Source: Eledone cirrhosa (Eukaryota). From it: a DNA stretch of 64,000 bases. The stretch covers positions 26,412,001-26,476,000 of the forward strand of contig OZ024742.1 of the NCBI GenBank assembly GCA_964016885.1, read 5' to 3'. How positions within the stretch are numbered: position 1 is the stretch's first letter; the number at the start of each line of letters is the position of its first letter. Shown here piece after piece: positions 1 to 14,833 of this stretch. The position numbers were made by a program, and so were the translations under genes. The notes under the pieces are model-generated. The model saw only the letters and a program-made list of their open reading frames with translations, ran no database searches and was not told the DNA's origin.

Positions 1-59
1 CGTTTTTTTTGTGTATTGGATATATACGTGTGTTTTTTGTTTATGTGGAAACATACGAA

Positions 60-67
60 TGTGTGTG

Positions 68-158
<91 letters not shown>

Positions 159-844
159 AGATATGTGTATATATCTAGATATAGGTATACGAATATATAT
201 GTGTGTGTGTGTATATATGGTGGTATGCAAGTTTGGGGGTCGTTTTTAAGGTGAAGTTCAAATGATAATATATAGAAATTGAAGATGCATTGACGAAAGA
301 CGTGTAAACATAAATTGGTTTACAAATTAGTAAGATGAAAGGAATTATTTCCCGATGTTATTTCTTGTAGAAATGGCTGTCAATATATAGACGAAATCAC
401 TTAACACTGTCATAGTCAACCTTCAACCAAGCAACTAATCAAGCAGCTAGCCACACAACCAACAAACCAACCAATCAACTGGCGTTATTGCACCCCTCAC
501 AACTTATCTACTCCAGAATACTTACCTATATAGCTTTCTACTTCTATCTATATACTAACACACATACTGAGTTACACGCCAACATATACACACACTCTCT
601 CTCTCTCTCTCTCTCTCTATCTCTTTCTATCTATCTCTATCTCTATCTCTTTCAATATATCTATCTATCTCGATATCTCTCTCACTCTCTCTTTCTCCTG
701 CCCCCTCCCACCACACGGATGTATCTATGTATGTATATATATGCGTGTATGTGTGTATGTGTGCATGTAAATATGTTTATATATAAACAGACACACACAC
801 GCGCGCCCAAACACACACATACGCACACACACAAACACATGCAC

Positions 845-877
<33 letters not shown>

Positions 878-1260
878 GATAGAGAGAGAGAGACAGAGAG
901 AGACAGAGAGAGATAAATAGAGAGATAGATAGTGGGGGAGACATTTATTGATAGATAAATAGATAGATTGATATGTAAATAGATAGATAGATAGATTTGT
1001 TGGTAGATAAATAGATAAATTATATTGATAGGTAGATAGGTAAGTAGGTAGGTTGGTAGATAAATAGACTGATTGATTTATTAATAGGGAAATATACAGA
1101 CAGATAGATAGATGCATAAATAGATAAATAAATAGATACCTAAATAGATAAATAAATAGAATGATTGATTTATTAATTGGGAAATAGAAAGATAGATAGA
1201 TAGATTGATAGATAGATGCATAAATAGAGAGATGTGAAGATAGGTAGATTGATAGATAGA
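60..1260. repeat. Compound (CA)n/(TA)n/(CT)n/(GATA)n microsatellite region
   Basis: Seen directly. Confidence 0.95.
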
Positions 1261-1839
1261 CACTTACTTTTGCCGGCACTTAAAATATCCTTTGTTCTAA
1301 TTCACATGATAATGTGAAACCACTCCTGCAGACTGTCGATTCTACATCATTCCTCAGCACGTTTATGTCCTCGGTAACCCTACTCCAGGCAACATTGCTG
1401 ACAATTGATTAATCTGAGGTCCTTCCGTGTCACTTCGCATATTCATTCTTAGAAAATTTGCCAAGGTTGCCTTTTGAATGATGTCCAAATATTTCAGTGA
1501 AAAATAACATACTTTGTTAAATCAACCAATTAATCATAACTGAGTAAAATTTATCATTAATGAACATATTCTTTTGACTGAGAAATCAAGAAAAGGATTA
1601 CTAGAGACATGTGTGAGGAATGACTCTTACCTTTAATAAATATGGTTGTAACTGCAATGTCATAGTATAGAATGGAATGGTCCTGTAATTCCTGAGAGAG
1701 TCGTGGAGCGCCGTAGTGTCATAGAGCGTATCTTTGGCATTTTACCCCTGACGCAGCAAACTCTCTTCAATTCTTAACATAGCAGATTTCTCTTGAAGAA
1801 TATAGAGTGATAAGAGGAAGTAAGAAAGGGAGATAGAAG

Positions 1840-2005
1840 GAGGATCGACCTCAGTATTATACTGGTACTATTTATATCGACCACCAAATGAAGAAAGGTA
1901 AAGTTAACCTCTGTGTTGATTTGAACACAAAGTGCAGAGAGTCGGAACGAATACCGCAAAGCATTCCGTCCAACGTTCTAACGACTCTGCCAATTAACAG
2001 CCTTA
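1840..2005 (-). mobile_element. SINE (same family, decayed)
   Basis: Reverse complement of the head and core. Confidence 0.7.
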
Positions 2006-2609
2006 ACTACTGCCATATTACATTCATTTTAAGCTTCCTCAGCAAAGTCTAGTCTTATTCAAACTTCGAACGCCGTTAAGGCGAGTATATTTTGTGTATG
2101 TAGATTATTACCCTATAATATGTGTGTATCGGCGGGTAACTCCTCATGGAGTCTTTGGAACGCGGGAACGAATATAAGACGTGCCTTGAATCATTTTATA
2201 CCTAGCGAAGCCCATTCTGTCTCCAGGTGTATATACAGACGATTTCTTTCCAGGGGAGTGAGAGTGTTAAAGAGAGGAAATGAAATATTGCTATAGAGGA
2301 AGAATCGACTTCAGTACATCATACAATGCCCTGAACAAGAACGGGAAGGACATTTATACACATCTCATCAAAAATAACTAAAATAGATTATCTGTTTGTG
2401 TGTTCATCCCTATTGTGTTATATTTATTTCACATGTAAATTATCCACGGTAAATTCAATATCCCTTTATTCATGTTTCAATTGACAAATGTCTACAATAA
2501 TATGTAACAAAATTGATGAAAATATATATTTGTATTTAGTCATTCTACCATAATAACTGTCTTCCATCAAAATGCAAAGAAAATGACATTACTCTAACAG
2601 TACTCTAAC

Positions 2610-3010
2610 TGTCAATGTTCCGCTGAACTATGAAGCTGTAAACAACGTCACCTACATGTTTACAGTTTCACTGAACTAGGAAACTGTAAGCCACTTCAAC
2701 TCACATGTTTAAAGTTCCTGTGAACTAAGAAGCTATGAACTACATCAGCTCACATGTTTAACGTTCCAGTGAACTGAGAAGCTGTAAACCACTTTAACTC
2801 ACATGTTTAAAGTTCCACAGAACGAGGAAATTGTGAATCACGTCACCTACATGTGTATTCCACTGAAATAGGAAACTGTGATTCACGTCGCCTTCACGTT
2901 TACTGTTCAATTGAACTAAGATGTGATTCACGACACCTTTCATGTTTACTAGCGAGCTAGCCTCTACGTTGTTACCATAGTCCATTGTAAAGCTAGGAAA
3001 CTATAAGCTA
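2610..3010. repeat. Minisatellite, ~48-bp unit, ~8 copies
   Basis: Recurring acatgtttaaagttcc..tgaactaggaaactgtgaa.cac.tca.ct. Confidence 0.85.
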
Positions 3011-3084
3011 CCAAGATTAAGCAAGCCCCCATAAGCAATATATTACATTATATATGAAGACAATATTGTTTTATCCCCATCAGT

Positions 3085-3487
3085 TTCAGTATCTCTCATT
3101 CTAGTGACAGTATGTGTCACTCTAAAGTGATACTGTCTCATTCTATAGTGATATTATATCCCCCACTAAGCCGAGAGTATATCTCTCATTTGTGTGATAG
3201 TATGTCTCGCTCTACAGTGATAGTATGTCTCACTCAATGGTGATAGTATATCTCGCACTAGAGTGATAGTATCCCTCACTCTCCATTGATAATATGTATC
3301 GCTCTAATGGGATATTATATCTCACTCTAAAGTGATAGATATATTTCGCTCTAAATTAATAGTATCTCCTGCCCTAATGTGATAGAATATCTCCTATTTC
3401 TGTGATATTAACCCTCGCCTCTATAATGATAGCACATATCGCACTATATTGATAGTATATCTCACTCTACAGTGATAGTATATCTCT
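3085..3487. repeat. Minisatellite, ~23-bp unit, ~16 copies
   Basis: Recurring tctcactcta.agtgatagtata. Confidence 0.85.
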
Positions 3488-3551
3488 TTAAATGTATATA
3501 TTTATATGATTTCTTTAATAATAACAAGTGCTATTACAAATACTGCTGAAG

Positions 3552-3765
3552 GGTGGTGGATTGGCAGTATCAGTAGAGCGTCGGGTAAATTGATCTGCGG
3601 TAAATAGATACGTCTCTTTACGTTCTGAGATCAAATCCCGCCGAGGTTAGTTTTAGTTTTCAGCCGTACGGTGTCGAGACAACAAAGAATCTGTAATGCA
3701 CTGGTGTCGATTTAATCGATTTTTTTTAAATTGCTGACCTTGTTCCAAAAGTAAAAATAATTATT
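3552..3765 (+). mobile_element. SINE (same family)
   Basis: ggattggcagtatcagtagagcgtcgg...tcaaatcccgccgaggtt... Confidence 0.75.
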
Positions 3766-4272
3766 ACTAATATTACTGTTGCGGCTGTTACTGTTGCTAC
3801 TGCTACTAGTTCTACTATTATAATATTTTTTCAATAAAAATCCTTGATAGAATCAAACCAATGACTGTTTCAAGTTATTTAAAAACAGACGACGTGAGGA
3901 AGAAAAAACAAGCAGAACAACAAAAAAAATAATAATAATTATAACAACAACAACAATAGTATGTGCAATATCAATAGTGGTGATGATAATAATGATAGTA
4001 TAAGCTAAACAAAAAGTTCCATTGCCGGTGAATAATATACAGTAATTTCCCCTGATAAAATAAATTACTATGGAATCATGTGCAGATTGAAAAACGAAAG
4101 TAAATTGATTGTGGATAGATTTAGTATGTTGTTAGTAATGTGTTGACTGGTGTTGGGTTGTTACGCTGTGAAGCAATATAAACCTACAGACACACATGCT
4201 CAAAAATATATACAGGTATATATGCACTTAGACAGATACATCTATCTCTCGATACGTATATATACGTGTATA

Positions 4273-4316
<44 letters not shown>

Positions 4317-4508
4317 TTCACTCACTCTCACATGCGCACACTGATGTATGCATGTGTTAGTGAGTATGTATTTCAAATGTGTATGTGTAGTATTACATTT
4401 ATTTTTGTAAATACAAAAAAAAATGTATTACTTCCTTCAGCTGATATCAACCAGTAATGATAAGAGGCATAAATGATGTGTGACGGCGCTTTCAAATAAC
4501 TGAGAATA

Positions 4509-4578
<70 letters not shown>

Positions 4579-4614
4579 TATATATATATATGTGTGTGTA
4601 TATTTATATTTATA

Positions 4615-4715
<101 letters not shown>

Positions 4716-4986
4716 TCTTTACAATGAAATGTATTTACAAATATACACTCTCTGGAGCTTGTATGTGAGGGGGTGGTGGCGTATATTATTGTTTTACGTA
4801 TCATATCATTTCAATTGCTTGTTGCAATACTTTTATTTTATCTTTTCGTTTGGTTATTGTTAAAATCTTCTCAGGCAATCCTCATATTGAATCCAATTTA
4901 ATTTGTTCCTATCACAAATGATAATATTTAATGCATAAAATAAACTACACGAAGAATCTAAACAAAAACAACAAAGACAATATAAT

Positions 4987-5205
<219 letters not shown>

Positions 5206-5214
5206 ACGTATATA

Positions 5215-5252
<38 letters not shown>

Positions 5253-5253
5253 C

Positions 5254-5284
<31 letters not shown>

Positions 5285-6113
5285 AACATATTTTGGTTCT
5301 GTGATTGGAGATTATTTCTGTGGTTTGAAAAACGCGTGTTCAAAGCGTAAAAGATTGTCGTAGGTCTGCCATTTTGTTTTTTATCTATATTCCACATTGT
5401 TTCATATTTTATCTACTACGAATGAATTAATTTACCACGCTTGAATTCATTATCACGATCTCTTCACGCACATGATCACGTGTTCATTTTCTACTACATG
5501 CTGCTTTGTGTATTTAGTTCTTTGTTTGTCGTTGATGTGTTTGTTGTTACCGCTGCTGTTGTGATGTGTTTGCAATTGTTATTGCGTAGTTGTGTTTGCT
5601 TGATGCTTATAGTTCTTTCATCGTTATATTCTTTGAGGCTGAATCATAGTTAATACTAGATATACATAACATAGCATTTGGCTCGTTATCGCTTATAATT
5701 AAACTTATGTATGTAGAATAGCATCCATGTTGGAATGCATGCATTATTGTACGAATAAATATATATATAGTTATAATGGAATGTTTCTCTCCCCCACACA
5801 CTACACATATATATATATATATTTCTCCCTTTCTCTCTCTCTTCTCTGTTTCTCTCTCTATATATATATGCATATACAAACAATTTCTACATGAATAGGA
5901 CTGTTTATTCAGAAGGAATCAGCAATATATCTCTGATGATTTGTTACGACTGAAACTGCTCTAGTTCTGTAAAAGTTATTTCTATTATAAAATGAATATC
6001 TCTATATCTTATAACGTATTGAGTACCTTTTTCCTAGTGATTGCGTCCCTATGTTAATAGAGATTCTACATATTCAATATGTGTACATACATGTGTAAGG
6101 GCATGTATGTCTT

Positions 6114-6430
6114 TCAAAGGAACACCATTTCGACCGCTTTTATCATCGATACTAATCTTTCGATCATTACCCAAGATTCATGAACATAGGTAGCAAGTTT
6201 GGCTTTTACACCGATCGCCTTTCTTCTAATGACTGCGCGCAATACTGCATCAGCTCTTGTAGTTTTGGCTCTTAATTCCACACCCTCCCTTTCATCGTTC
6301 ATGAAATCAACCTCGAGATAATTGAACTTCACCTGCTTCACAGGCTTGCTTGTGAGAGAGCGTGTCTTAGTATTAGCAGCACTGATTTTCATTCTTGCCG
6401 TACTCCCCCGGCAAAATAAACCTATCAATT
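6114..6430 (-). mobile_element. Decayed RTE-clade LINE fragment (RT thumb region)
   Basis: MKISAANTK...KQVKFNYL...KAKL..TYVHESWVMIERLVSMIKAVEMVFL resembles the RTE consensus region YGxExW...IQAxEMxFL. Confidence 0.6.
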
Positions 6431-7447
6431 GTATGTCAGAGATGATTTTCCTACGAGTTAAGTAGAACTATGTTATGTACAAATTTCTCTCGAGTTATCT
6501 TACAACTGCCAATCTTGATACCACTTCAAACCCGGCCGTGCATGTAAATCATGTACATAAAGGTTATGAACAGAAGTTGTAGTACACACCATTGGTGGAG
6601 TCTGACACCCACATGGAATGGTTTCGACTTAATACCATTTATGTGAAATAAATACTATACTGTATTATGTAATTTCTATATACTTTATATTTTAAAGAAA
6701 TAACCGGGTAAAAAGAGGTGTTCATGAAGACAAAAATAAAGATTGAGAAACAAGAGAACGAAGGTGTGTCAGAGAGAGTGGGGGGATAGATAGTAAATGA
6801 GAGTGAGAGAGATAGAGTGTGGGCGTAGGATAGCGAGAAAGGGAAAATACACGTATTAATCGAATAACAATTATTTCAACCTTGTTATGTCTCATCAAAA
6901 CAGATACAATCGAGACAAACTCCGCTAGAATGTTGTACTAATGGCGTAAATAATTAGTGAGGTTTCTTCAAACATGTCGGGTTTCCTTAAAATTTTAACT
7001 ACCAGGCCAAGCTCACCGAGAATCTTACCGTAATGGGGGTAATTACATATTGCTGTTACGACAACTAAATCATCAAAAAGCAACCCATAGACTGTAATTG
7101 ATTTGTTGGTAACTTTCTCTGGGCTAAATCAAGGTTGGCTTCAGTCTGATAGCCATGACTCTATATTACGTCTTATGAAGTAGACGTATACAAACCATTA
7201 AACTACTTTGTAGCAGAACCGTCTTGAATTATTTTTCTTATCATATAATAATTAGTCTAGAAATATATGCTGTTTGCCTTATCCAATCGGTGTGAGTTCG
7301 GGGACAAATAAAAAAAACGATGATTAAGCAGAAGACGTCACACAAAGAAATGAATTGATTGTCTGTAAGAAAATATATCTCACGGTGTGAAGTAACAAAA
7401 TAAATAAGTAATGATGCAAAGTTCTACACACAGGCAAACATACACAT

Positions 7448-7480
<33 letters not shown>

Positions 7481-8792
7481 GCACACACGCAAACACACAC
7501 ATAAACACACACTCATACTTATATATGTGTATGTTTCTGAGTGATTGTGTGAGAGTATATATATATATGATGATATATATATATATATGTGTGTGTATAT
7601 ATATATATGTATGTGTGTATACATATATATATATATATACATATGTTCATATATGTACATATATGTGTTTGTGAGTGAGTGTGAGTGCATGTATGTGAGA
7701 GTGTGACACTGTGTGTATACTAGATGTACTGTTTAAAAGCCGACAGCTAATTGTATAAGTTTTAGACCGGTTAATCTAATGTAGAAGGGTTAACAGAGAA
7801 AAATGAATAATTTATACAGAAACAGAGTGAAATGTGAATAATATATAAGGAACAAACTTTCAAGAGATAACCGAGAGAACAAAAGCAACAATAACAACAA
7901 ACTCAACAACACCACCACCAACAACAACAACAATAACAACCACAGCAGTTTAAGCAATATATTAATGTCTCATATTTCATTCTTCGTCAGATTTGAAAAT
8001 TAAATGATGTAACAAAGAACTATGCTTGAGGAGTGTTAAAGGTGAGTGTTTTACTTCATCTTATCATGGTGAGGGACTGAGAATGATCTAATGGTTAAGT
8101 GGTTCCCTTTGCCATCATAAGGTCCCAGTTTCGTTTCCACTGCGAGCGACCTCGGGCAAGTGTGTCATTTACCATACGTTCGGCTTGATCCATTATTTTT
8201 GAGTGAAACTGGATGAACGGAAAATATTTAGATGTTCGTCAGATGAACTGAGTTTGTAATTAAGGGGTCAACCTTCTCACATCTTCACACTGATACATCC
8301 GTTAAAGAGACACCTGTCTTGGAAGATTCAATACTGAGAGATGAGGAGGAGAAAGAGAGACGGAGGGAGTGACAATGAGAATTTGATTATTTTATGTTCA
8401 GTCCTTGGTAACACATATAGCATGGTGTACACACGATACAACATGTTTCTATATAATGAATAAAACATCGCGTTTATTGATAAAAGAGTCCTTTCACAAG
8501 GAAGGATTTGATCTTAGAAAAATTGTATTACTCTATGTAACATAAGAAATTGTATCTATTAACTTATAATCTACACCAAGGAGTTGCCAAATTCGTTTTA
8601 GTTTTCTGTCAAATATTTCCACCAGTTATATGTAGGTTATTCTTTTAATATCTACAGAGAAAATCATAAACGATCTTCAATTTATTTCGTCTTTTTTTCC
8701 AATGTTTCCATTATTTTGTACCTTACAAAATATCATGAATCAGCTATTTATTCTACAGTAAACACGTATATAAATATCTGCTTATATAATTC

Positions 8793-8873
<81 letters not shown>

Positions 8874-9007
8874 CATGTAGGGTGGGGGTAATATGTATAT
8901 TATGTATATGTATGTAAACTTAGATATATATATATATAAACATACGTTCATATTAATTTATATACCTACATATATATGTGTGTATATATATATACAATGT
9001 ATGTAAG

Positions 9008-9040
<33 letters not shown>

Positions 9041-9589
9041 GTTTATATAAATATACATATTAATATACATATTCCCCCACACATATATATATATATATGT
9101 GTGTTTATATATATTTATAAATCCTTTTTTTTTTACAAACTCTAAGTTTCCCAAACTTCACTGTCAATGTATAATTATGCACAAGATGCAACAAGAGCAA
9201 AAGTTAATGCATACAAAATGTTGCATCCTATTATGAAAAGCAAATAAATTGCAATAACAAAACAACATAAAACAATACAACAACAATAGCAACAACAATA
9301 ACAACAGCAACGACTTAGAAAGACAAAACAAAGTCCCAAAAGCAATACTAAAGAAAACAGTGACGAGCTATCGAAGCGTATAGAATTAAAGCATCAACAG
9401 TATTTAGTGGAAACGATTCATGATTGGGTGCGCAACTAACAGAAAATACCTAGCAGATTTAACTAATTGTGGATGAAGATGCAGTTAACCATGAAATCAC
9501 TTCACGAAATGGCTTTGTGTGTTACCAGCAAAATAGCTTATTGTTGTTGTTGTTGATGCTGTCGTGGTTATTGTTCAGTTTCATTAATA

Positions 9590-9678
9590 AATATTATTAT
9601 TATCATTATTAGTTTTTTTATTATTACTATTATTACCATCATTACTATTATTATTATTATTATTATGAGTAGTAGTAT

Positions 9679-9714
<36 letters not shown>

Positions 9715-9758
9715 CAGTAGTAGTAGTAGTAGTAGTCGTAGTAGTGGTGGTGGTGGTG

Positions 9759-9828
<70 letters not shown>

Positions 9829-10005
9829 CAGTAGCAGCAGCAGCACAAATAGTAGTAGTAGCAGTAGAAGTAACAGTAGTAGTAGTATTTATACTATGAG
9901 TAGTCGTATTAGCAGCAGCAGTATTAGTAGTGGTAGTGATTGCGGTAGTAGTAGTAACAGCAGTAATAGTAGTGGTAGTAGTAGTGGTAGCAGCAGTAGT
10001 AGTAA

Positions 10006-10064
<59 letters not shown>

Positions 10065-10125
10065 ATGATGGTGGCGGTAGTGGTGGTGGTTGTAACAGTA
10101 GTGATGGTGATGGTAGTAGTAGACA
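9590..10125. repeat. Compound trinucleotide microsatellite (ATT)n(AGT)n(GGT)n
   Basis: Seen directly. Confidence 0.97.
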
Positions 10126-10529
10126 TTTTATATGCGTAGTGTTGGTAATGGGTGTAGAAGCAATCACTTTATTACCAGTAAGCTAACATGTTAACCCCAA
10201 CCACCACCAATATCCCCACCAACACCCCGAACTTCCCCACCAACACCACCAACGCTAACACTATCATCATCATCAATTTCCTCAACAACAGCAGCAGTAA
10301 GAACAAAATCAACAATAACAACATTATTGAATATTGTTTTAACAATTGAAATGTTTCATCTCCTCCACCAAACCACTGTCAATGAATCGAAATTGAGGCT
10401 TATAGGTAGAGGAGCATTATGGAGAGAAGCTAGGTTCCCCATAAGTTGTCTCCCCTTATCTCTATCTTCATTATAGAGAAGAAAATCGATGTGCTTTCAC
10501 TGAAAACTAAACAAAATTACAGTAAGGAA

Positions 10530-10890
10530 CGCTGCGTGGCCGACAGGATAAGGAGTTTGTTTCGCAATCATTAAATGCAGAGTTTGATCCCAATACATGA
10601 TGTCTTGGGTAAATTTCGTTTATCATAACCTCGGGTCCTCCCATGTAAATGTAAGTGGGTTGACGGATGGTAACTATTTCGAAAGCATTCGGATGGATTG
10701 TGCATGCAATTCCCAGTAAATCCCAGTCTTGTTACACACTGTGTCACATTGAATCTCCCTGATAATTACATTAAGAGTACACGTGTCTGTTTAAATGATT
10801 ATCCAGTTTAGCCGTTAACGTCATGAACAGGTTGTTCGGTTGAATATACAACTGGAACACTCCTCCTCATAACCGACGGAGGTCCATTTG
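10530..10890 (+). mobile_element. Different tRNA-headed SINE family, decayed; related copy at ~8080-8310
   Basis: gcgtggccga...gagtttgatcc...cttgggtaa...cctcgggt head with a conserved body. Confidence 0.5.
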
Positions 10891-11034
10891 TTCCACACAA
10901 GGGCGCTAGTGGGGGGGGGGGGGGGGGCAGTGATGCAATATATTACCTTCTAAATTTCATTGTTTTACATTACATCACTTGTTTTTCATATTTGATTTAT
11001 TCACATTACATAACCCTTATCATCTAAACCATAA

Positions 11035-11390
11035 TTGTTTCTGCACTTGGCACAAGGCCAGCAATTCATAAGTACATTACTGGTACTTTATGTTATCGAC
11101 CCCATATCGATGAAAGGCAAAGTTAACCTCGGCGGGATTTGAACTATGCTGGAAAGCATGTCCGACCCTCTACCGATACTGCCAACCAATCCACCATCCT
11201 ATACCGCATAATGAGGTTATATTAACATAAGTGTTATTAATATTGTTGATATCGTTAACGTGCTTTACTGGCAGAATCTGTAGAGGTTTGGATAAATTGC
11301 TTTGCAACATTTACTTACGGACATTTACATTTGGGGTTGAAATCCTATCGATGTGAATATCACCTTCCGAGGTTGATAAAATATAGTACA
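11035..11390. mobile_element. Two SINE remnants (minus 11035-11195, plus 11265-11390)
   Basis: Core and head motifs as in the other copies. Confidence 0.7.
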
Positions 11391-12589
11391 TCGCATCCAT
11401 CAACCACCGACATGTAGTACTGCTTTATTGAAAAAACACTCATTTTGAAGACCCTTATATAGAAGTAAGTATTCATCTCTCTTCGAATTATAAATCGATA
11501 TTATTGATATTGTCATTTCTGAATTTCTTAATGTATTCTTACTGCTACCCTTCAACTGTTACTTAAAGTAAACCGTCTCTCTTTTCTCCATTGATTTCCA
11601 ATCGCATTCCCGCGCTTTATACAAAAAACACGCATTTTTAAAACCTTTATATATCGATATCTTGGACGACAGAAAAGATTCCATTTTTCAAGGTTTGATA
11701 GTTGAGACAGAATCGAATCTTCTTACTTGCCAATTTATGTGTAAATGTGTATAGTTATAGGAAATAAATACTTCATTCCCTTCAAATCGTTACACAACTC
11801 TTGCAATTCCTCTAGATCGGCTTTCATTACATGGCTGGTATGTTTACGTCCGTCGAATGGTCATAAATCTCGACCATATGTTTCAAAATACTCTGAAGTG
11901 CGCACAGGGTGACAAAACCGCCTCGCACACCATACCTAAGTTCTCGAGGTTTGCTGACTTGTAAGGTTATGTCTAACATGCTATCACCTGTATGACGATA
12001 CATGCTAGCGTTATACATGTGTGCGTTGTAAAGATGAAACCGCCGTCTTCGTTTTTCCAGCTAGAGCAGGCATTTTTATCTGCCAGGTGGTCATAGCAAA
12101 ATAGGTTTTGTGGAGGACGAGTGTGAAATGGAGCCTGATAGTGAGACGAAATATACGGATAGATCACGTTAATATTGTGCGAAAAAAAAAATGTTTCTAG
12201 ATTTGGCTCAAGGCCAACAATTTCAAGTGCGGGGGAAAGTCGATTAAATCGACATCAGTACATTACTAGTGCTTTATTTTAGTACATTACTAGTGCTTTA
12301 TGTTATCGACTTTGTAAGGATGAAAGGCAAACTAACCATGGCAGGATATGAACTCAGAAGGGAAAGTCGTAAATTCTGACTTCAAATCCTGCCGAGGTTA
12401 ACTTTGCCTTTCATTATTACGAGGGCGATAAAATAAAGTACCAGTAACGTACTGGGATCGATCTAATTGACACCCCCTCCCCCAATATCGTTGTCCTTTT
12501 GCCTAAATCAGAAACAATTATTATTTTCATCATCATTTTCCTTTGATTTTTAATGTTAGTCCCTCTATTTCTTAATTAACTACATTAAT

Positions 12590-12978
12590 GGTGGATTGGC
12601 AGTATCGGTAGAGGGTCGGGCGCCATGCTTTGAAGCATAGAGTTACCTCCCTTTATGATCTGAGTTCAAATCCCACTGAGGTTAACTTTATCTTTCATCC
12701 TTACGGCGTCGATAAAATAAAGCACCAGTAATGCACTGAGATAATTGCTGGCCTTGTGCAAAAAGTAGAAACAATTATTGTTATAAATCCGGAGGATTGG
12801 CAGAATCCGTAGAGCGTCGGAAACCTGCTTCGGCATTGAGTTACGTCCCGTTGTGTTCTGAGTTCAAATCCCGCCGAGGTTAACTTTGCCTTTCATTCTT
12901 ACGGGGTCGATAAAATAATGTACCAGTAATGCACTGGGATAATTGCTGGTCTTGTGCCAAAAGTAGAAACAATTATTA
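12590..12978 (+). mobile_element. Two tandem copies of the dominant tRNA-headed SINE with a Deu/Nin-like core
   Basis: A-box-like TGGCAGTATCGG, B-box GAGTTCAAATCC, core ttgcctttcatccttacggggtcgataaaataaagtaccag and an (ATT) tail. More partial copies at 12195-12520. Confidence 0.85.
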
Positions 12979-13659
12979 TCATAAATCTGTAGCATTTGCT
13001 ATATTTAATTATATTCAACTATTCCTGGGTATATTTACAGTTGTTTTTGTTTGATTGACTTCTGTATGTAGAATTGTGCGTGTCTTAGGGAATATATGAA
13101 GAATACAGTTTAAGATGTGTACGTTATTTCCGTCTGGTTGATTTTTTTTTTTGTTTATTTGTTCTTGTCTACAAAAGTTACTTTGTCTGATATATTTACC
13201 CCAGGACTAGTATTTCCGCCATTTCCTGGACTGGAATTTTTATTTTATTTTTCATTGATTTTCTTAGTACTTCCCTAACATACTTTAATCCCTGCTACAA
13301 CTGGTGTGTTTTATGCCTAGATCTACATCGTTGCTATATGCGTAAATATTGTAGTAATAGATTATATAGTAGCGTTATTTATTTGTGCTCTTATCCTCTA
13401 GGACTCTTTGTATTCTGTCTAATATCAAAGACGGATGTCTGGTAATATGTATATGTGGCTATATTTGCCGTTTATTTGTAAACTAACTTCTGATTGAATA
13501 CAATTTGCTGGTTGTTTTTCGTTTTCTATTGCTCTTGGCAGGTTTGATGTCACAAATAAATATAATTTGTTTTCTTAAGATAGTTTTTCCGATATATAGT
13601 TTGATTTAGCCATCACAGCTGAGTCCATACTGAAGCAAAACCATATGTATATATGTATA

Positions 13660-13777
<118 letters not shown>

Positions 13778-13846
13778 CAAGGTTTAGCAAATAGAGAAAA
13801 AAGTCTTAAAATAAATTTTAAAAAGTTCACTGTACTTACTATATTT

Positions 13847-13931
13847 GGCTTTACCGCGCAGTTTCAGCCCCCAAAATAAATAGATAATCCAAACGGATTT
13901 CCATTGAGAAAGGGAATTTTCGTCAGAAGGC
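13847..13931 (-). ncRNA. Type I hammerhead ribozyme (family A, inverted copy)
   Basis: Reverse complement reads gcctt-CTGACGA-...-GAAA-ctgcgcgg-TA-aagcc. Confidence 0.75.
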
Positions 13932-14505
13932 TCTTCTCGCTCGGAGAAAATAAAAATCTCGAGTTCAAATCACAAACTGGCGCCATACAAAACTGTTCCC
14001 GAATGAGAGTGAATGATGAAAGAAAAAATGTTGCCTAGTGTGTAAAGACATAAGGCAGGGCGGACAGGTCAATGTCCTGCTATTAGAAATAGCAGCAGTT
14101 CAAACGGCCAAAAGTTATCTCAAACTTAGGAGAGTTCAATAATAAAGTATGTGTTCCTAGGTGTAAAAAATACATATAGAGATACAAATATTGTCCAACC
14201 GTATGCCAATGTGGTTCTATGGCAGGTTAATAAATTAATAAGCCACAACATATAAAATCAAGGTTTAGCAAATAGAGAAAATGTCTTAAAATAAATGTTA
14301 AAAAGTTCACTGTACTTACTATACTATCGTTTGAACTGCTGCTATTTCTAATAGCAGGACATTGACCTGTCCGCCCTGCCTTTTGTCTTTACACACGGCA
14401 CTAGGCAAAATTGTTTCTTTCATAATTCACTCCCATTCGGGAAGTTTTGTATGGCACCAGTTTGTGATTTGAACTCGAGAATTTTATATTCTCCGAGCGA
14501 GAAAA

Positions 14506-14590
14506 GCCTTCTGACGAAAATTCCCTTTCTCAATGGAAATCCGTTTGGATTATATATTTATTTTGGGGTTTGAAACCGCGCGGTAAAGGC
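14506..14590 (+). ncRNA. Type I hammerhead ribozyme (family A)
   Basis: gcctt-CTGACGA-[aaattccc...ggggttt stem II]-GAAA-CCGCGCGG-TA-aaggc. Stem I is gcctt/aaggc, stem III is the palindrome ACCGCGCGGT, and the cleavage triplet is GUA. Confidence 0.85.
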
Positions 14591-14774
14591 ACATATAGTA
14601 AGTACAGTGAACTTTTTAAAATTTATTTTAAGACTTTTTCTCTATTTGCTAAACGTTGATTTTATATGTTCTGGTTTGTTAATGTATTAACCTGCCATAG
14701 AAGCACATTGGCATACGCTTGGACAATATTTGTATCTCTATATGTACTTTTTACACGTCGTAGGAACACATACT

Positions 14775-14833
<59 letters not shown>

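Noticed and set aside
2610-3487. Regularly spaced repeats resembling a CRISPR array
   Set aside because: Units are contiguous and degenerate with no unique spacers, there are no cas genes and the context is eukaryotic.
11827-12167. Relatively GC-rich unique stretch with short ORFs, a possible exon
   Set aside because: No recognisable protein motif or consistent splice structure, so it is left unassigned.
12590-12680. tRNA gene candidates (A and B boxes)
   Set aside because: These are SINE heads followed by the SINE core, with no cloverleaf.
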